A stretch of 62,208 bases of DNA, counting the filler, from Basidioascus undulatus (taxonomy: Eukaryota): the NCBI GenBank assembly GCA_000826855.1. It is 10 parts of 10 records of this genome, joined end to end, with 100 filler letters (N's around TTAATTAATTAA, not from the genome) between each part and the next. Parts side by side here need not be neighbours in the genome. Positions count along the whole stretch, not along the records: positions 25,196 to 29,244 come from JTLS01002255.1; positions 29,345 to 33,386 come from JTLS01002256.1; positions 33,487 to 37,522 come from JTLS01002257.1; positions 37,623 to 41,645 come from JTLS01002258.1; 6 more parts are not named here. One strand, given 5' to 3'. Below, piece by piece: positions 27,582-38,461 of this stretch; the stretch's first letter is position 1; each line of letters begins with the position of its first letter. The notes below the pieces were generated by a model. It did not search any database. It was not told the DNA's origin and saw only the letters and a list, made by a program, of their open reading frames with translations. A program made the position numbers and the translations under genes.

Positions 27582-29244
27582 ATGTCCTCCCCGCTCGCCC
27601 TACGCCACTCCAACATCTCCCCTACCCCCTCCCCGCTCGCCTCTCCCTCGCGGCGAATGAACCCCTCAAACTCCCGCACAGACATCATCTCTGCCTCCCA
27701 CGCCGGCTGGGGGGGCGCGCGCTCCTCCCCCGCCTCCTCCCCAACCAAATCCTCCACCTCGCCCGACCCCGCCGTGCCCATCGGCGCCGGCGTCGAGTCA
27801 ACCCGGCGCCGCACGTCCTCCTCGTTCAAGCACGTGCGCACAAACAACCTCGTCAAGAACTCCCCGTTCAAGAACCTCGGAGGCGCGGCGTCTCCCCCGC
27901 CCGTCAGCGCCGGGGCGCGTCCGCAGCACCAGCAGCTGCGCGGGCTCGGGCTCGGGCTCCACCCCGCGCACTCGCCCCACCGCCAGGCGCGCAAGCCGAG
28001 CCGCGAGAACTCGCCGCCCCCCAAGATGATGCGAGGCGACAGCAATAGTTCGCTCGAGGACGCTGCGGCGACGTTGACGACGACGCACACGAGCAAGGCC
28101 AAGCCACGTCAGAGCAAAGGCTTCGCGCTCCTGGACAAGGCGCACCGTGTCTCCCAGAGCCCGTGGAAGGCCCGCGAGCTCGGCGGCGGCGTCATTTCGC
28201 CGCTGGCTGCGTCGACGACGTCGGAGTCGGACGAGGAGGAAAGCGAGAACGAGGAGGAGTCCACGACGCCGTATGAAGAGTCTGAGACAGACTCGTCCCC
28301 CGCGCGGCCTACCACTCCCCCTCCTCCAGCCGTCCTGCGCTCGAGCGCGACGACGCCCACGCCCAAGAAGTCCAACCTCACGCCCTCCCGCCGTCTGCAA
28401 GGCCCCCGCTCGTCCGCGGAGTGCCGCGAGCGCCGCAAGACGGTCACATTCGGCGAGCGCCCGGACGTGCGCGAGTTCGAGAAGGACAGCGAGGCGGGCT
28501 ACGAAGAGAGCGCGGTCGCGTCTGACGACGAGGAGCGCGAGATCGAGCACGAGGTCGCAGAAGAGCAGGAGCAGAAGATGCCGGTGTGGCAGCTTCCGCC
28601 GCTCAGCTACGACGAGGAGGCGGACCTGTCGCACGAGTACGAGCACGAGCTGCGCGAGCGCTCGCAGTCGCCCGAGCTGCACCCGCCCTCGCACCCGCAC
28701 GACGCGCCGTCCCTCGAGGACATCGAGTCCCCCGACCCGGGGTCGTACTACTCCGACTCGGGCTCCGACTCTGGCTCCGCGATGGACGAGCTCGTCGACT
28801 CCATCCTCGCGGACGAGCTCCTCACCGGCGGCGGCGGATCCACCACGACGACCACCTCTCCTGACCTCTCCTCCGCCCCGCTCTCGCCCCCCTGGTACCC
28901 CGCCAGCACCCCGCGCAAGACTCACATCTCGCCCCTCCGCCCGACGCCTCAGCACCGCACGGCCGCTGTCCCGCAGCCGGACCTCCCGCAGAGCCCGGCA
29001 CCGAGCTTCGTCGAGACGCGCGACGCCCACTTCCCCTCGAGCGGGGCGAGCCGGGACATCGCGGGATTTGCGCGCGCCCAGGTTCACCAGGACGGGACGC
29101 TCCTCGACCCGTTCATCACACCCCAGACGATGATCGCCGCTGTGGCGAGCCCCAAGGCAAGGCGCGGCCTGCCCTCCCCGCCCCAGCGGCGGCAGGAGGG
29201 GTCGATCCAGTTTGCGGCATCCCCGCAGCCCAAGTCGAAGAAGG
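27582..29244 (+). CDS. N-terminus of a large low-complexity protein, probably Bud4/anillin-like (3' truncated by gap)
   Basis: Open for more than 550 codons with GC3-rich codons. Short conserved-looking blocks SSFKHVRTNNLVKNSPFK, PRQSKGF and RRKTVTFGERPDVREF are recalled from basidiomycete Bud4 N-termini. The ATG follows a 5'UTR intron acceptor. Confidence 0.5.
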
Positions 29245-29344
29245 NNNNNNNNNNNNNNNNNNNNNNNNNNNNNNNNNNNNNNNNNNNNTTAATTAATTAA
29301 NNNNNNNNNNNNNNNNNNNNNNNNNNNNNNNNNNNNNNNNNNNN
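29245..29344. other. Artificial contig spacer
   Basis: N44-TTAATTAATTAA-N44. Confidence 0.99.
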
Positions 29345-29777
29345 GGAGGGGAGGGGGACGCACTTTGAGGAGCAGGTTCCCAATTGAGAGGAGGAGGGTG
29401 ATGAGCGATGTGGAGTGCCGGATCAGGGAGAGGACGTCGAGCGGGATAGAGAGCGAGAAAAGGAAGGTGAACTGCAGCAGCACCCACACACGCATCAACA
29501 CCACATTGACCTCTTCATGCAGCCGCTGCCGGGGCTGGGGGTAGGGGAAACGCACCAGCTTAAGCGACCCAGCATCGTCGAGTCTTCCGTCCGCGTAGAT
29601 TCCAAACAGCGCGAGGGTGAGATTGTAGACGCCCGTGCCGGTGAAGGGCGCGATTATGAGGGACAGGGTCTGCGGGGGATGAGAGTGAGGTGCGGGAAGG
29701 AGGTGGGTAGGGGTGGGTTGCGCACGCACAGCGTGCAGAGGGAGCAGCTGCGAGAGCGGGAGCAAGGGAAGCGCCAT
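29345..29777 (-). CDS. Small multi-pass membrane protein (AGTRAP-like pattern; 3' truncated)
   Basis: Spliced MALPLLPLSQLLPLHA|TLSLIIAPFTGTGVYNLTLALFGIYA...SLKL|FTFLFSLSIPLDVLSL...LLLK, with several hydrophobic helices. Confidence 0.55.
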
Positions 29778-30961
29778 GGCTGGAGACGCTTTACAATTGA
29801 TACGGGGTGAGGATAGGAGGTGCCGAAATGGGAATCTTGAGCGTTGAGAGTTGAGACGGTCGAGCGGGAGATTCCGAGATGACGCTGGCGGGCGCGTGGG
29901 AAACGGCGAACGAGCAGGCACATCCGAGGCAGCACTAGGTATACCACCGGCGCTCTGTATGCAAGTATATAATAAAGACCAAGTTGAGAGCAATAGTCTC
30001 CTGGGAGCTGGGAATGTCAGGTTACGCGGAGGTCAGAGATGCGCCAGAGAGCCGGCTAACCGTCGCTTCAGACAGTCTTCAGCCTGTTTGTTTTGATATA
30101 GTTTCGACATACCTGTATAGGAGACTAAAAGGCGAGTTCGCTAGAATTGCATGTATACAAAGCCTCCAGGCCCAAGGTGTTCATGCACCTGGGCGTGCTT
30201 GCCGACGCACGCTGTAGCATCCGTGCGAGACGAACACTGCTCTCTGCCGACGGGCGTGCGCTCTGAGGTTCAAGCTTGATCAAAAGACCATTGTCCTCCA
30301 TGATTTGAAACCCTTTTGAAATATTCTGGGGTGAGAGGTCCGGGACAGAGCCGCTCCTGCAGAGGGCGTCGTGCTTCCTTCTCTCAAGGGCCTTGTCGCC
30401 TTTTCACGGCATTTCTCTCAGTCCAGTCTCATCTCTCCGGTATGGACTCCGAAAATTCACGGCTGAAGTCCAGAGCGAGAGAATGTCAACGCGCCCCAGG
30501 CCCCGGCAATGATAGGACGGCTTGCGGAGCGAAGCAAACCTCGACGATGTCCGCACATTTTTACAAGGATTAGTATCATTGCAGGAGAACCGCATGCAGA
30601 CCACCGGAACTTGGACTAGGCAAGATCTCTTAACACTATAAGAGGTGGTACGTGGGCTAGTCGTCGCCGACGCTGTGTTTTCCTAATAGTCACTTTCCGC
30701 GGCGACTCTTGAAAACGACTGCGACGAATTGCTTTCCACTTCCGGAGCTGAACGGCCACCTGGGGTGACTACCTGACGTGGAGAGTACCTTACATCGGCA
30801 TATCCTTTAATGTACGGTTCGAGGTCAGGAGCTGAAGAGACTGTCAAAAGACCGTCCGAGTGTGGGAGAAGACCGGTCTGGAGCTGGTAGCCGAGCATCG
30901 AGCAACAGTTCAAGCAGCCAAGGGCTGCATTCGGACAGACAGTGATTTATTCTCGAAGCCT

Positions 30962-31590
30962 CTACTCGACAAAAACATCATTCCAAGAGCTCAGCAAGTC
31001 CCGAATGCGCTCATGCACTGTTCTCATAGCGACCTCCCGCAACACCGAGCGCCCACCTCTCCCCAATGCGATCCACTTCGGCGAGGACCTCCCTCCACTC
31101 CTCCCCCACCCTCAGTTCATACAGCACCGCCCTCTCTGCGTTCTGAATAATCCCAGCTTTGTGATCCCGCTCCATCAGCTCCCCAACCTTTACCCGCGCC
31201 TCCTCGAGACGCACATCCAATTCGGCTTCCTGCACCCGCGCGGGAGCCTCCAGCCCACCGGCCTGAGCCTGAGCCTGAGGTGAGGCTTTCTGCTCGCGCA
31301 GGCGCGCTTCGAAATCGAGAGCGCGCCGACCACCCTGCAAGAGCGCCTGCTCGCGAGGCTCCGAGGCGTTGCGAGCGCCCAGCTGCGCCAGCCCGCCCGC
31401 TGGAGCAAGGACACCAGACCGATCAGAGTCCCCTTCACCCTCGCCGTCCTCGTCGTCCGTCTCCTCTTCCCCAAGATCGGAGCGGGACGGACTGCCCTGC
31501 TGTGCATTCCCAGCCCGCGCCGCCTTCTCCCCCGCCCTCTCCTCCGCCCTCTTCCGCTTCTTGGCAGCTATGCGCTTAGTGTTGCATGGC
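30962..31590 (-). pseudogene. Hypothetical basic/acidic coiled-coil ORF, probably degenerate
   Basis: KRIAAKKRKRAEE (NLS-like), an acidic tract and a helical C-terminal part that needs a frameshift to reach ...RDLLSSWNDVFVE*. No clean start and no family recognised. Confidence 0.25.
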
Positions 31591-33186
31591 CACCTGTTGC
31601 GGTTGTCCGACGGTGAACGACCATTGTGAATAGCCAAGATTGGGATGCAATGGTTGAGGAGAGTTATCTGTACATCGGTCAGCCGCGGGAGCCGCGAACC
31701 CCCGGCCTTAAGCTTTAGACTTTTCGCTACCTCTTTCAGCTTCCTGAGATCTCACACGACGGGCAAGAACGTTACTGTATTAAGGCTTTGAGACACTATG
31801 GTGGGCGGGACAAATAAGGGTACATCGATAGCTACAGCTCTGCTGCCCAATTCAACCCGAAAACTGTCCCTACTCCTGCTCAGATCTTGGAAGAGCCAGA
31901 GCGATGCCGCATGTCTTCCTGCAGCCAGGCAAGTACGACGGACGAGCGATGTACCATGTCGCAGAAAAGACTTGCAGAAATCGAAATGCTTCAGGTTCAT
32001 GCTGAGGCATATCGGTATTAACTTGCAGTCTACAGTGGACTCGAGAACTAGAAACGCAACCCTGCTTCTTATGAAATTCGACAAGGTGTAGTACTCCCTA
32101 GGGCAGGCTTCGTCACAGTAGAGCTCACACACCTGGAAAAGCCTCACACAGGCGCTATGATCCCACATAGTATTGGTAGGTTTTCCGAAACCAAGCCTAC
32201 CAGCTCTTCCTGCTCATGAGCACCCCCGACACGGACGCTGCCACTGAGTCGCTGCTCCTATACTAACCCAAACATCTTGAGGAGGGATCATAATGTGAGG
32301 AGGATCAGAGACACAAACCTAGTCATCATCGTCATAAATATCGTGGAGCCCAGGTTGGAGAAGGAAGCGGGAGAGTGCCCCCGCACGCGGTCGGCCAGCA
32401 GCGTGGTGGAATCAAAGTCAGTCTCACCAAGTCCAGCAGCGCGTCTTTTGGATGTATTCATCGGGTAATCATTCCACTACGGAAACTGGTGCTTTGGATA
32501 AAGACGTTTGGACGTCGACCAGTCTTTGCAACAGGTATAGTCGTCGGAGCTCAAAGTAAGTTCAAAAGCAGTCATATTGAGGCGTTACATAACCATCCGG
32601 AAATTAGAACTGCAACATTAGTCATGAGAGATGCTGTACATGCGATCCGACTGCGGGGCATACACACTGTCACGAAGTATACCAATGCCACAAGGGGTTA
32701 GCAGCAGCAGTATCGGAACAAGGTTAGGAGGGTACCTCATCTACAGAGTCTAAGTACTTTGCTTACGTTTAATGCTCGAGAATTCCCACATTGCCCCGCT
32801 TACGAGGTGCTCAACCGTTTTCAGGTGGATGTGTGGTTTCGGCTTGCTACAAAGAACCGCCCCCGCTGTTGTCTACATGATTAGGGGCCATGACACCTAC
32901 TTTGACTTCAGCGCTTTATGTGAAAAATCTACCAAATGGACCAAATAGAGTCCAGGGGCAACATCAGCAGTAAGTTGACAGTGGGAGCGCCATAGCAGCA
33001 CCACCGTTTCGTGCCAGCACAGTCCGGGCATCGCGCTAATGAAGACCTGGATAAAGCACCCGCAGGGATATAACGTTGTTTCGATAAACAGATAATGGAA
33101 GCCGTCTAAATCAGTACGAGACCAGTGGGAAAAGACAAGGATCAATGCGAATGCGAATGCAAGACGTCAAATGCAGCAGCGGCACC

Positions 33187-33386
33187 TCATTCCCACTCTT
33201 CCCTCTCCCCCTCATTCTCCGCGTCCCCACCCTGCCTCCAAGCGTCCACCTCCCTCCCCCAAACACCAAGCATCATCCCGCACTCATCCCTATCCACCAG
33301 CTCATCCTCATCCCCTCCCCTTTCCCTCGCCCGCTTGCTCGCGGCGTCCCACACCTCCCGCCCGCACAGCAGGCGCTCCAAGTCCG
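33187..33386 (-). CDS. C-terminal fragment of an unidentified protein
   Basis: Open from the gap to TGA at 33187 with coding-like codon bias (LERLLCGREVW...DECGMMLGVWGREV). Confidence 0.35.
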
Positions 33387-33486
33387 NNNNNNNNNNNNNN
33401 NNNNNNNNNNNNNNNNNNNNNNNNNNNNNNTTAATTAATTAANNNNNNNNNNNNNNNNNNNNNNNNNNNNNNNNNNNNNNNNNNNN
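33387..33486. other. Artificial contig spacer
   Basis: N44-TTAATTAATTAA-N44. Confidence 0.99.
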
Positions 33487-34177
33487 CCTTCTCCCCGCCT
33501 CCCGTCCCGCCCGTCCCCTCCGCCGCCGCCGCCTCCTCCCAGTGGGGCGACAGCGCGCCCCTCGGCGAGGTCCGTGGGCCGGACAACAAGCCCCTCTTCC
33601 TCTGCCATCCGTTCGTCAAGGCTGCGCTCGTGAAGGGCAGCTTCAAGACGATCGTCGTGCTGCCCAAGCATGTGGATGTCAATGAGTGGGTGGCTGTGAA
33701 CAGTGCGTTGAAGCGAAGTGTGGGAAGGGGGGGGAGGGAGGAGGAAGGCTGATGTGGGGGCTGGGAGATAGTGTTCGACTTCTTCCATAACCTCAATGCC
33801 TTCTACGGTGTCATCTCGGAGTTTGTCACCGTCGAGCGGTGCCCGACTATGGCTGCTGGCCCTCAGTGCGTCGTCTTACCCGTGCCTGTTTCTTCCCCGC
33901 CTCCAGCACCCTCCCTCTCCCTCTCCTTCCCTCCTCTCCTCCTTCTTCCCTTCCCACCTTCCCACCTTCCACCTTCCCACCTCCCCGCCTTCCTCCCAAT
34001 CTTCCCTCCCCTCCGCCGCGCAATGACTGACACGATGGGCGTACCCTAGACTGGACTACACCTGGATCGACCAGAACCGGAAGCAAGTGAAGCTGCCCGC
34101 GCCGACGTACATCGACTACGTTATGGTCTGGGTGCAGAATCTGATGAACGACGAGGGCGTGTTCCCAACCCGACCGG
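33487..34177 (+). CDS. MOB2: MOB kinase activator (Mob2 type); both ends missing
   Basis: KPLFLCHPFVKAALVKGSFKTIVVLPKHVDVNEWVAVN, FDFFHNLN...CPTMAAG and LPAPTYIDYVMVWVQN...VFPTRPG. The expected final exon(s) are absent. Confidence 0.88.
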
Positions 34178-34991
34178 GTGCGCCCCACCCTTCCTGCACC
34201 GTGCCCCTCAGCCCCTCCGCCGCGCGCCGATCCGCCAATCCGACCGACACAGTAACGTGCGGCTCGAGCCGTCCCCGATCCCCAACGGGCGAGAGGAACG
34301 CGCGCCAGTGTCGCTGGAGCTCCGCGCGGAGGCGGAGCAGCGCGGGCGAGTGCACGCGGAGGACTACGCCCCTGCCCGACGCGATCGGCGCGCAGCGGGG
34401 GACGCTGAGCTTCACGCCCACGCCATTTGGGCGGAGGGCGCACAGGGCGGTGAGCTCGCTTGCTATGCGACGCGCGTGCGAGAGGGGGAGGTGCACGAAG
34501 AGCGAGACGTGCGCGGGGTGGATATAGCCTTCCCCCGAGGCACTGGGGGAGGGAGGGGAGGCAGGGTAGTGCGCGTACCGGAGCGGGTCGAGGAGGGTGG
34601 AGAAGTGCGGGGGGAGCAGGAGGGTCAGGCAGAGCTCGTACGCCCATGGTGGGGGCGCGGTGAGCGTCGGAGGGGAGACTTGCGGCGGGAGGGCGAGGGG
34701 CGCGGGGGCGCGCTGCGGGTGTGAGGGAAGGCCAAGGCCCCCATTTGGGACTGAGCGGAGCTTCTCAAGACGGGAGCGAAAAGACTGAGGAGCCTGGGAA
34801 GCGTTGGTTGGACGTACAGTGTGCGCTCTCCCTCGACCACCTCCTCGACCCCTACCTCCCCTACCTCGACCCCGTCCGCGCCCACCCCCACCATGCCCGC
34901 CGTGCCCGCCGCGTCCGCCCCGCCCGCGAGCTTTTTCACGGCGGGGCTCGGACGACGAATATGAAGGTCCTGCTTCAAAATGGTCCGCCAT
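34116..34991 (-). CDS. 2H phosphoesterase (2'-5' RNA ligase-like) with N-terminal RGG tract; C-terminus runs into antisense MOB2
   Basis: Intronless ORF with two HxS/T motifs (PAHVSLF and EPHVTV), LCLTLLL...LR..HYP, and a GRGGRG-rich N-terminus. Confidence 0.7.
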   Translation of the reverse strand: MADHFEAGPSYSSSEPRREKARGRGGRGGHGGHGGGGRGRGRGRGGRGRGGGRGRAHTVRPTNASQAPQSFRSRLEKLRSVPNGGLGLPSHPQRAPAPLALPPQVSPPTLTAPPPWAYELCLTLLLPPHFSTLLDPLRYAHYPASPPSPSASGEGYIHPAHVSLFVHLPLSHARRIASELTALCALRPNGVGVKLSVPRCAPIASGRGVVLRVHSPALLRLRAELQRHWRAFLSPVGDRGRLEPHVTVSVGLADRRAAEGLRGTVQEGWGAPGRVGNTPSSFIRFCTQTIT

Positions 34992-35524
34992 CGCAGCTGC
35001 TTATACGAAATGATTGGGATGAATAGGATGGATGGGAGGCAAGGAGGAAGACGCGAAGGAAGGCATGAGGTCATTTTCTCCAAGCGTCGATCTTCCCCCT
35101 TATCTTATCGCGAGCCCAGGACCTTCTTCCCCCATGTCTCCCAAAATCTTCATGATCTCTCAGTGCACAAAATGACCTTGTAAAAATGTCGGGGGTTCTG
35201 GTATGCAAAACACCGGCCTTGTTAAGGGAACAAGCAAAACTAGCCGGTTATCGCCGCCGCCTATCGACGTCCCCGCATTTTCATCTCTTCCATGATGACA
35301 GCGGGCAGTAGTCCGTCCCAATAATATATCGCTCTCCGCTCTCCCCATGCACTCCGTCTTGCACATTTTGCAGTGATTGCCTGATTCAGCCAGCGCCGAG
35401 GGGGAGGGGTATAAAGCCCGTGGGCTCCCAGCGCCCGCCTTTTTCCCCCAGGCAAGTACCTTCTGCGTCCGCGTAGACCAAAGTACCAGCCCCTCATCCC
35501 GGATCCCGCTCCACAGAAAAACAA

Positions 35525-37522
35525 ATGAGCACGCTCCTGAACGCCCTCAAGACGCACCGGCAGTACGCTGTCTTCCATGACGCGCCGCTGCCGGTGTCGA
35601 CCGGCGGGGAGAAGGGGGAAGGAGAGTTCGTGGTCTCGTACGAAGGCACCGAGTCCTCCGAGCCGCGGGCCTGGTCGCGCGCGTACAAGGCCGGCGTGAC
35701 GCTTAGCGTCGCAATGATTGCGCTCAACCTGAGCTACGCGTCGAGCGTGAGCAGCGCGGCGGTGCAGGGCACGATGCGCGAGTTTGGGGTCGCGGAGGAG
35801 GTCGCGCAGCTGGGGACAGCGGTATGTTCTGTTGGTCGGCTGTCTCGCTGTTGTGAGAGAACTCTGGCGCACTTACGGAATGTGTGCTGTCGATCGGAAC
35901 AGGTTTTCGTCGCTGGTTTTGGGCTCGGCGCGATGCCGTTCGCCCCGCTAAGCGAAGTCCTGGGTCGACAGCCAGGTGTGCGCGCTTCCTCTCCCCTCTT
36001 CCCCGCCAGCATCTCACCTCACCCTCGCACCCACAGTCTATGTCTGGACGCTCTTCATCTCGTACGATCCCACCCAAAGCCCACCAACCCACCGAGCGTG
36101 TTGACCCGCCCTCCACAGGTCCCTCTTCGAGATCGGCGCCGGCGCAGCGCGCAACATCCAGACCCTCATCATCTGCCGGTTCTTCGCCGGGTTCTGGGGC
36201 GGTTCGTTTCCCTCCTTCCTTCCCTTTCCCACCCCTCCCCACCCCTTCCTCTCCTTCTCCCTCCCTTCTCCTATCCCCGCCTTCCACAAGCTAACATGCA
36301 AAACGTACGCCCCAGCCACCCCCCTCTCCAACGCCGGCGGCTCCCTCGCAGACATGTACAACCCCGTCGACCGGACGTTCTACTTTCCGCTCTTCGCGTC
36401 CGCCGGGTTCCTCGGGCCCGTCGCCGGCCCGCTCATCGGCGGGTTCATGGCTGTGAATGACAATATGGGGTGGCGGTGGTGCTATGTTCGTCCTTCCTCC
36501 TCTTTCCCCTCCTCTTTCCCCCTTCCCCCCTCTTTCCTATCTGCCTTCTTCTCTTCCACCACTTTTCCCCGCTCCCTGTCTTCACATACACAGAACCCCG
36601 CTCAATCATTACCAAATCCCAGTATTTCACCGCCTTCTGGGGCTTCTTCGTCTTCCTCTTCACGCTCCTCTTCGTCCCCGAGACCCTCACGCACGAGATC
36701 CTCAAGCAAAAGGCGGTCGCGATCCGCGCGCGCACGGGCGACGAGCGCTGGCACGCCCCGCACGAGCATGTTGAGCTCGCGCAGTCGTTCAAGGTCTCGT
36801 TTACGAGGCCGTTTGCACTGCTGGTTAGGGAGCCGATGGTGCGTCTCTCTTTCCAGTCCTTCCCCTGCCTCCCTCCGTCCGCAGCCCGAAGCGCACTGGA
36901 AACTAATAGCATGGCTGGGGATTGCGCGCACAGTACCTAACAACCGTCTACTTCCTGCTCTTCGGCTTCCTCGAAGCCTACCCGGTGATCTTCCGCGAGG
37001 TGCACTCCCTCTCGCTCGGCCAGCTCGGGCTTACCTTCATCCCCATCCTCGTGGGCATCGTCCTCGGCTTAGCGGTATGAGCGCTTGAACGCCCGGGGCG
37101 GACTGCCAGCGCCAGAGGAGAGACTGGTGCCGCGGTCTTCCTCTGTTCCCGCTCCCCTCTCCCACTTTCTCGTTCCGCCCTCCGTCTCCCGTCCTTCCAA
37201 TTTCCCAATGGGCGGCATGCTAACCAGAAAGTTCGTGGATAGTCATTCTGGGTGGTCTCATCCTCCCGCCCTCCATCTTCTGGCTCGGCTGGACGTCCTA
37301 CCCGCACGTGTCGATCTGGGCGCCGATCATGTCCGGCCTGCCCTTCGGTTTCGCAATCATCCTCCTCTTCATCGGGACGTACCAGGTCCTGATCGACACG
37401 TACGAGAAGACGGCGGCTTCGTACGTCGCTTCCTTCCACCTGATGGAAATCAGGCCCCCAACAATGAATCTTCAAACATGCCCCGTCGTGCCAGCATGTC
37501 ATGAATACCCTCCCTTCCTTCA
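35525..37522 (+). CDS. MFS drug:H+ antiporter (DHA1-like), 3' truncated
   Basis: FAPLSEVLGRQPVY, RNIQTLIICRFFAGFWG, PLSNAGGSLADM, GPVAGPLIGG, WRWC, PET, PEERL and FWLGWTS motifs. Confidence 0.88.
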
Positions 37523-37622
37523 NNNNNNNNNNNNNNNNNNNNNNNNNNNNNNNNNNNNNNNNNNNNTTAATTAATTAANNNNNNNNNNNNNNNNNNNNNN
37601 NNNNNNNNNNNNNNNNNNNNNN
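37523..37622. other. Artificial contig spacer
   Basis: N44-TTAATTAATTAA-N44. Confidence 0.99.
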
Positions 37623-37820
37623 GGGCCCTTCTCGCTCCTGTACTCTACCCCTCCTGTTGCCCACTAGCGGCGTCGCATGCAGAGCTCTTAACGCCGAAAC
37701 CCTAAACTACAACCCCTACTGTTGCCCACTAACCCACTCGATGTGAGGATAAGATAATTTTAAGGGGGCCTTTGGCCGTTAAGATACCGCAACAGGCGCG
37801 ATCTGCCATTGACGTTGTTG

Positions 37821-38188
37821 TTAGTTGAGATCATTGAGCTCAAGAAGGTGACCTTCGAGGTAGTGCTAGCATGGCAAGACAACATCAACACGTCACATCA
37901 TCGTCCTTGCCTGCCGAATGTTTCACTCACCTGATTGAACATATGTCCGGCAGCGCCGTTGTTCACAAGTCTGGCTGAATACAGCTTGGGATCACGGCCA
38001 ACACAAGATTGTGAATGGAAGTATGGCATTGGCCACTGTGCAAGGAAAAGCTTAGGATTGATGAAGAAATCCACAGGGAGCGACCCGTCTCTCGTTTCTA
38101 TAAATGCACCTGTTTGGGCGTTGTTGCGTAAGAACTGAACGAGCTGCTGCCAGACTGCGCTTTGTAGCTCGGACAAAGCCTCGGCCAT
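37821..38188 (-). CDS. Hypothetical ~100-aa protein (two exons)
   Basis: ATG at 38188 is open to a strong CAG|gtgagt donor, and the acceptor ctag| continues in frame to HYLEGHLLELNDLN*. No family recognised. Confidence 0.4.
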
Positions 38189-38461
38189 TCACATCCTTTC
38201 CCCAGCGACGCACGACACACCACGTGCTTGTGCAGTCCGAAAACGCAGAACCAGACGCGTTAACTTTGGGTACAAGTACAGTGTATGAACGAAGCGCGCA
38301 TACGGGGCGAGCGAGTGTGCGAGAACCGGAATGAAGACAAAAGACAGTCGCGAAATGGGAGGTGGGCAGGGTGGGCGTACGGCGGAACAGAGATAGGGAA
38401 GGGGTATGTCGGAGCCGGAGGAGACGGCGGTTGAGGAGAGAAGAGGAAGAGGGGTGAGGGT

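Noticed and set aside
27798..29133. Long overlapping ORFs (429 aa minus, 328 aa plus) and similar Arg/Gly/Pro-rich ORFs throughout
   Set aside because: Shadow frames of GC3-rich real genes, with no motifs and no independent splice signals.
29990..33120. Low-GC stretch as a transposon remnant
   Set aside because: No transposase, RT, integrase, LTR or terminal inverted repeat was recognisable, only short uninterpretable ORFs.
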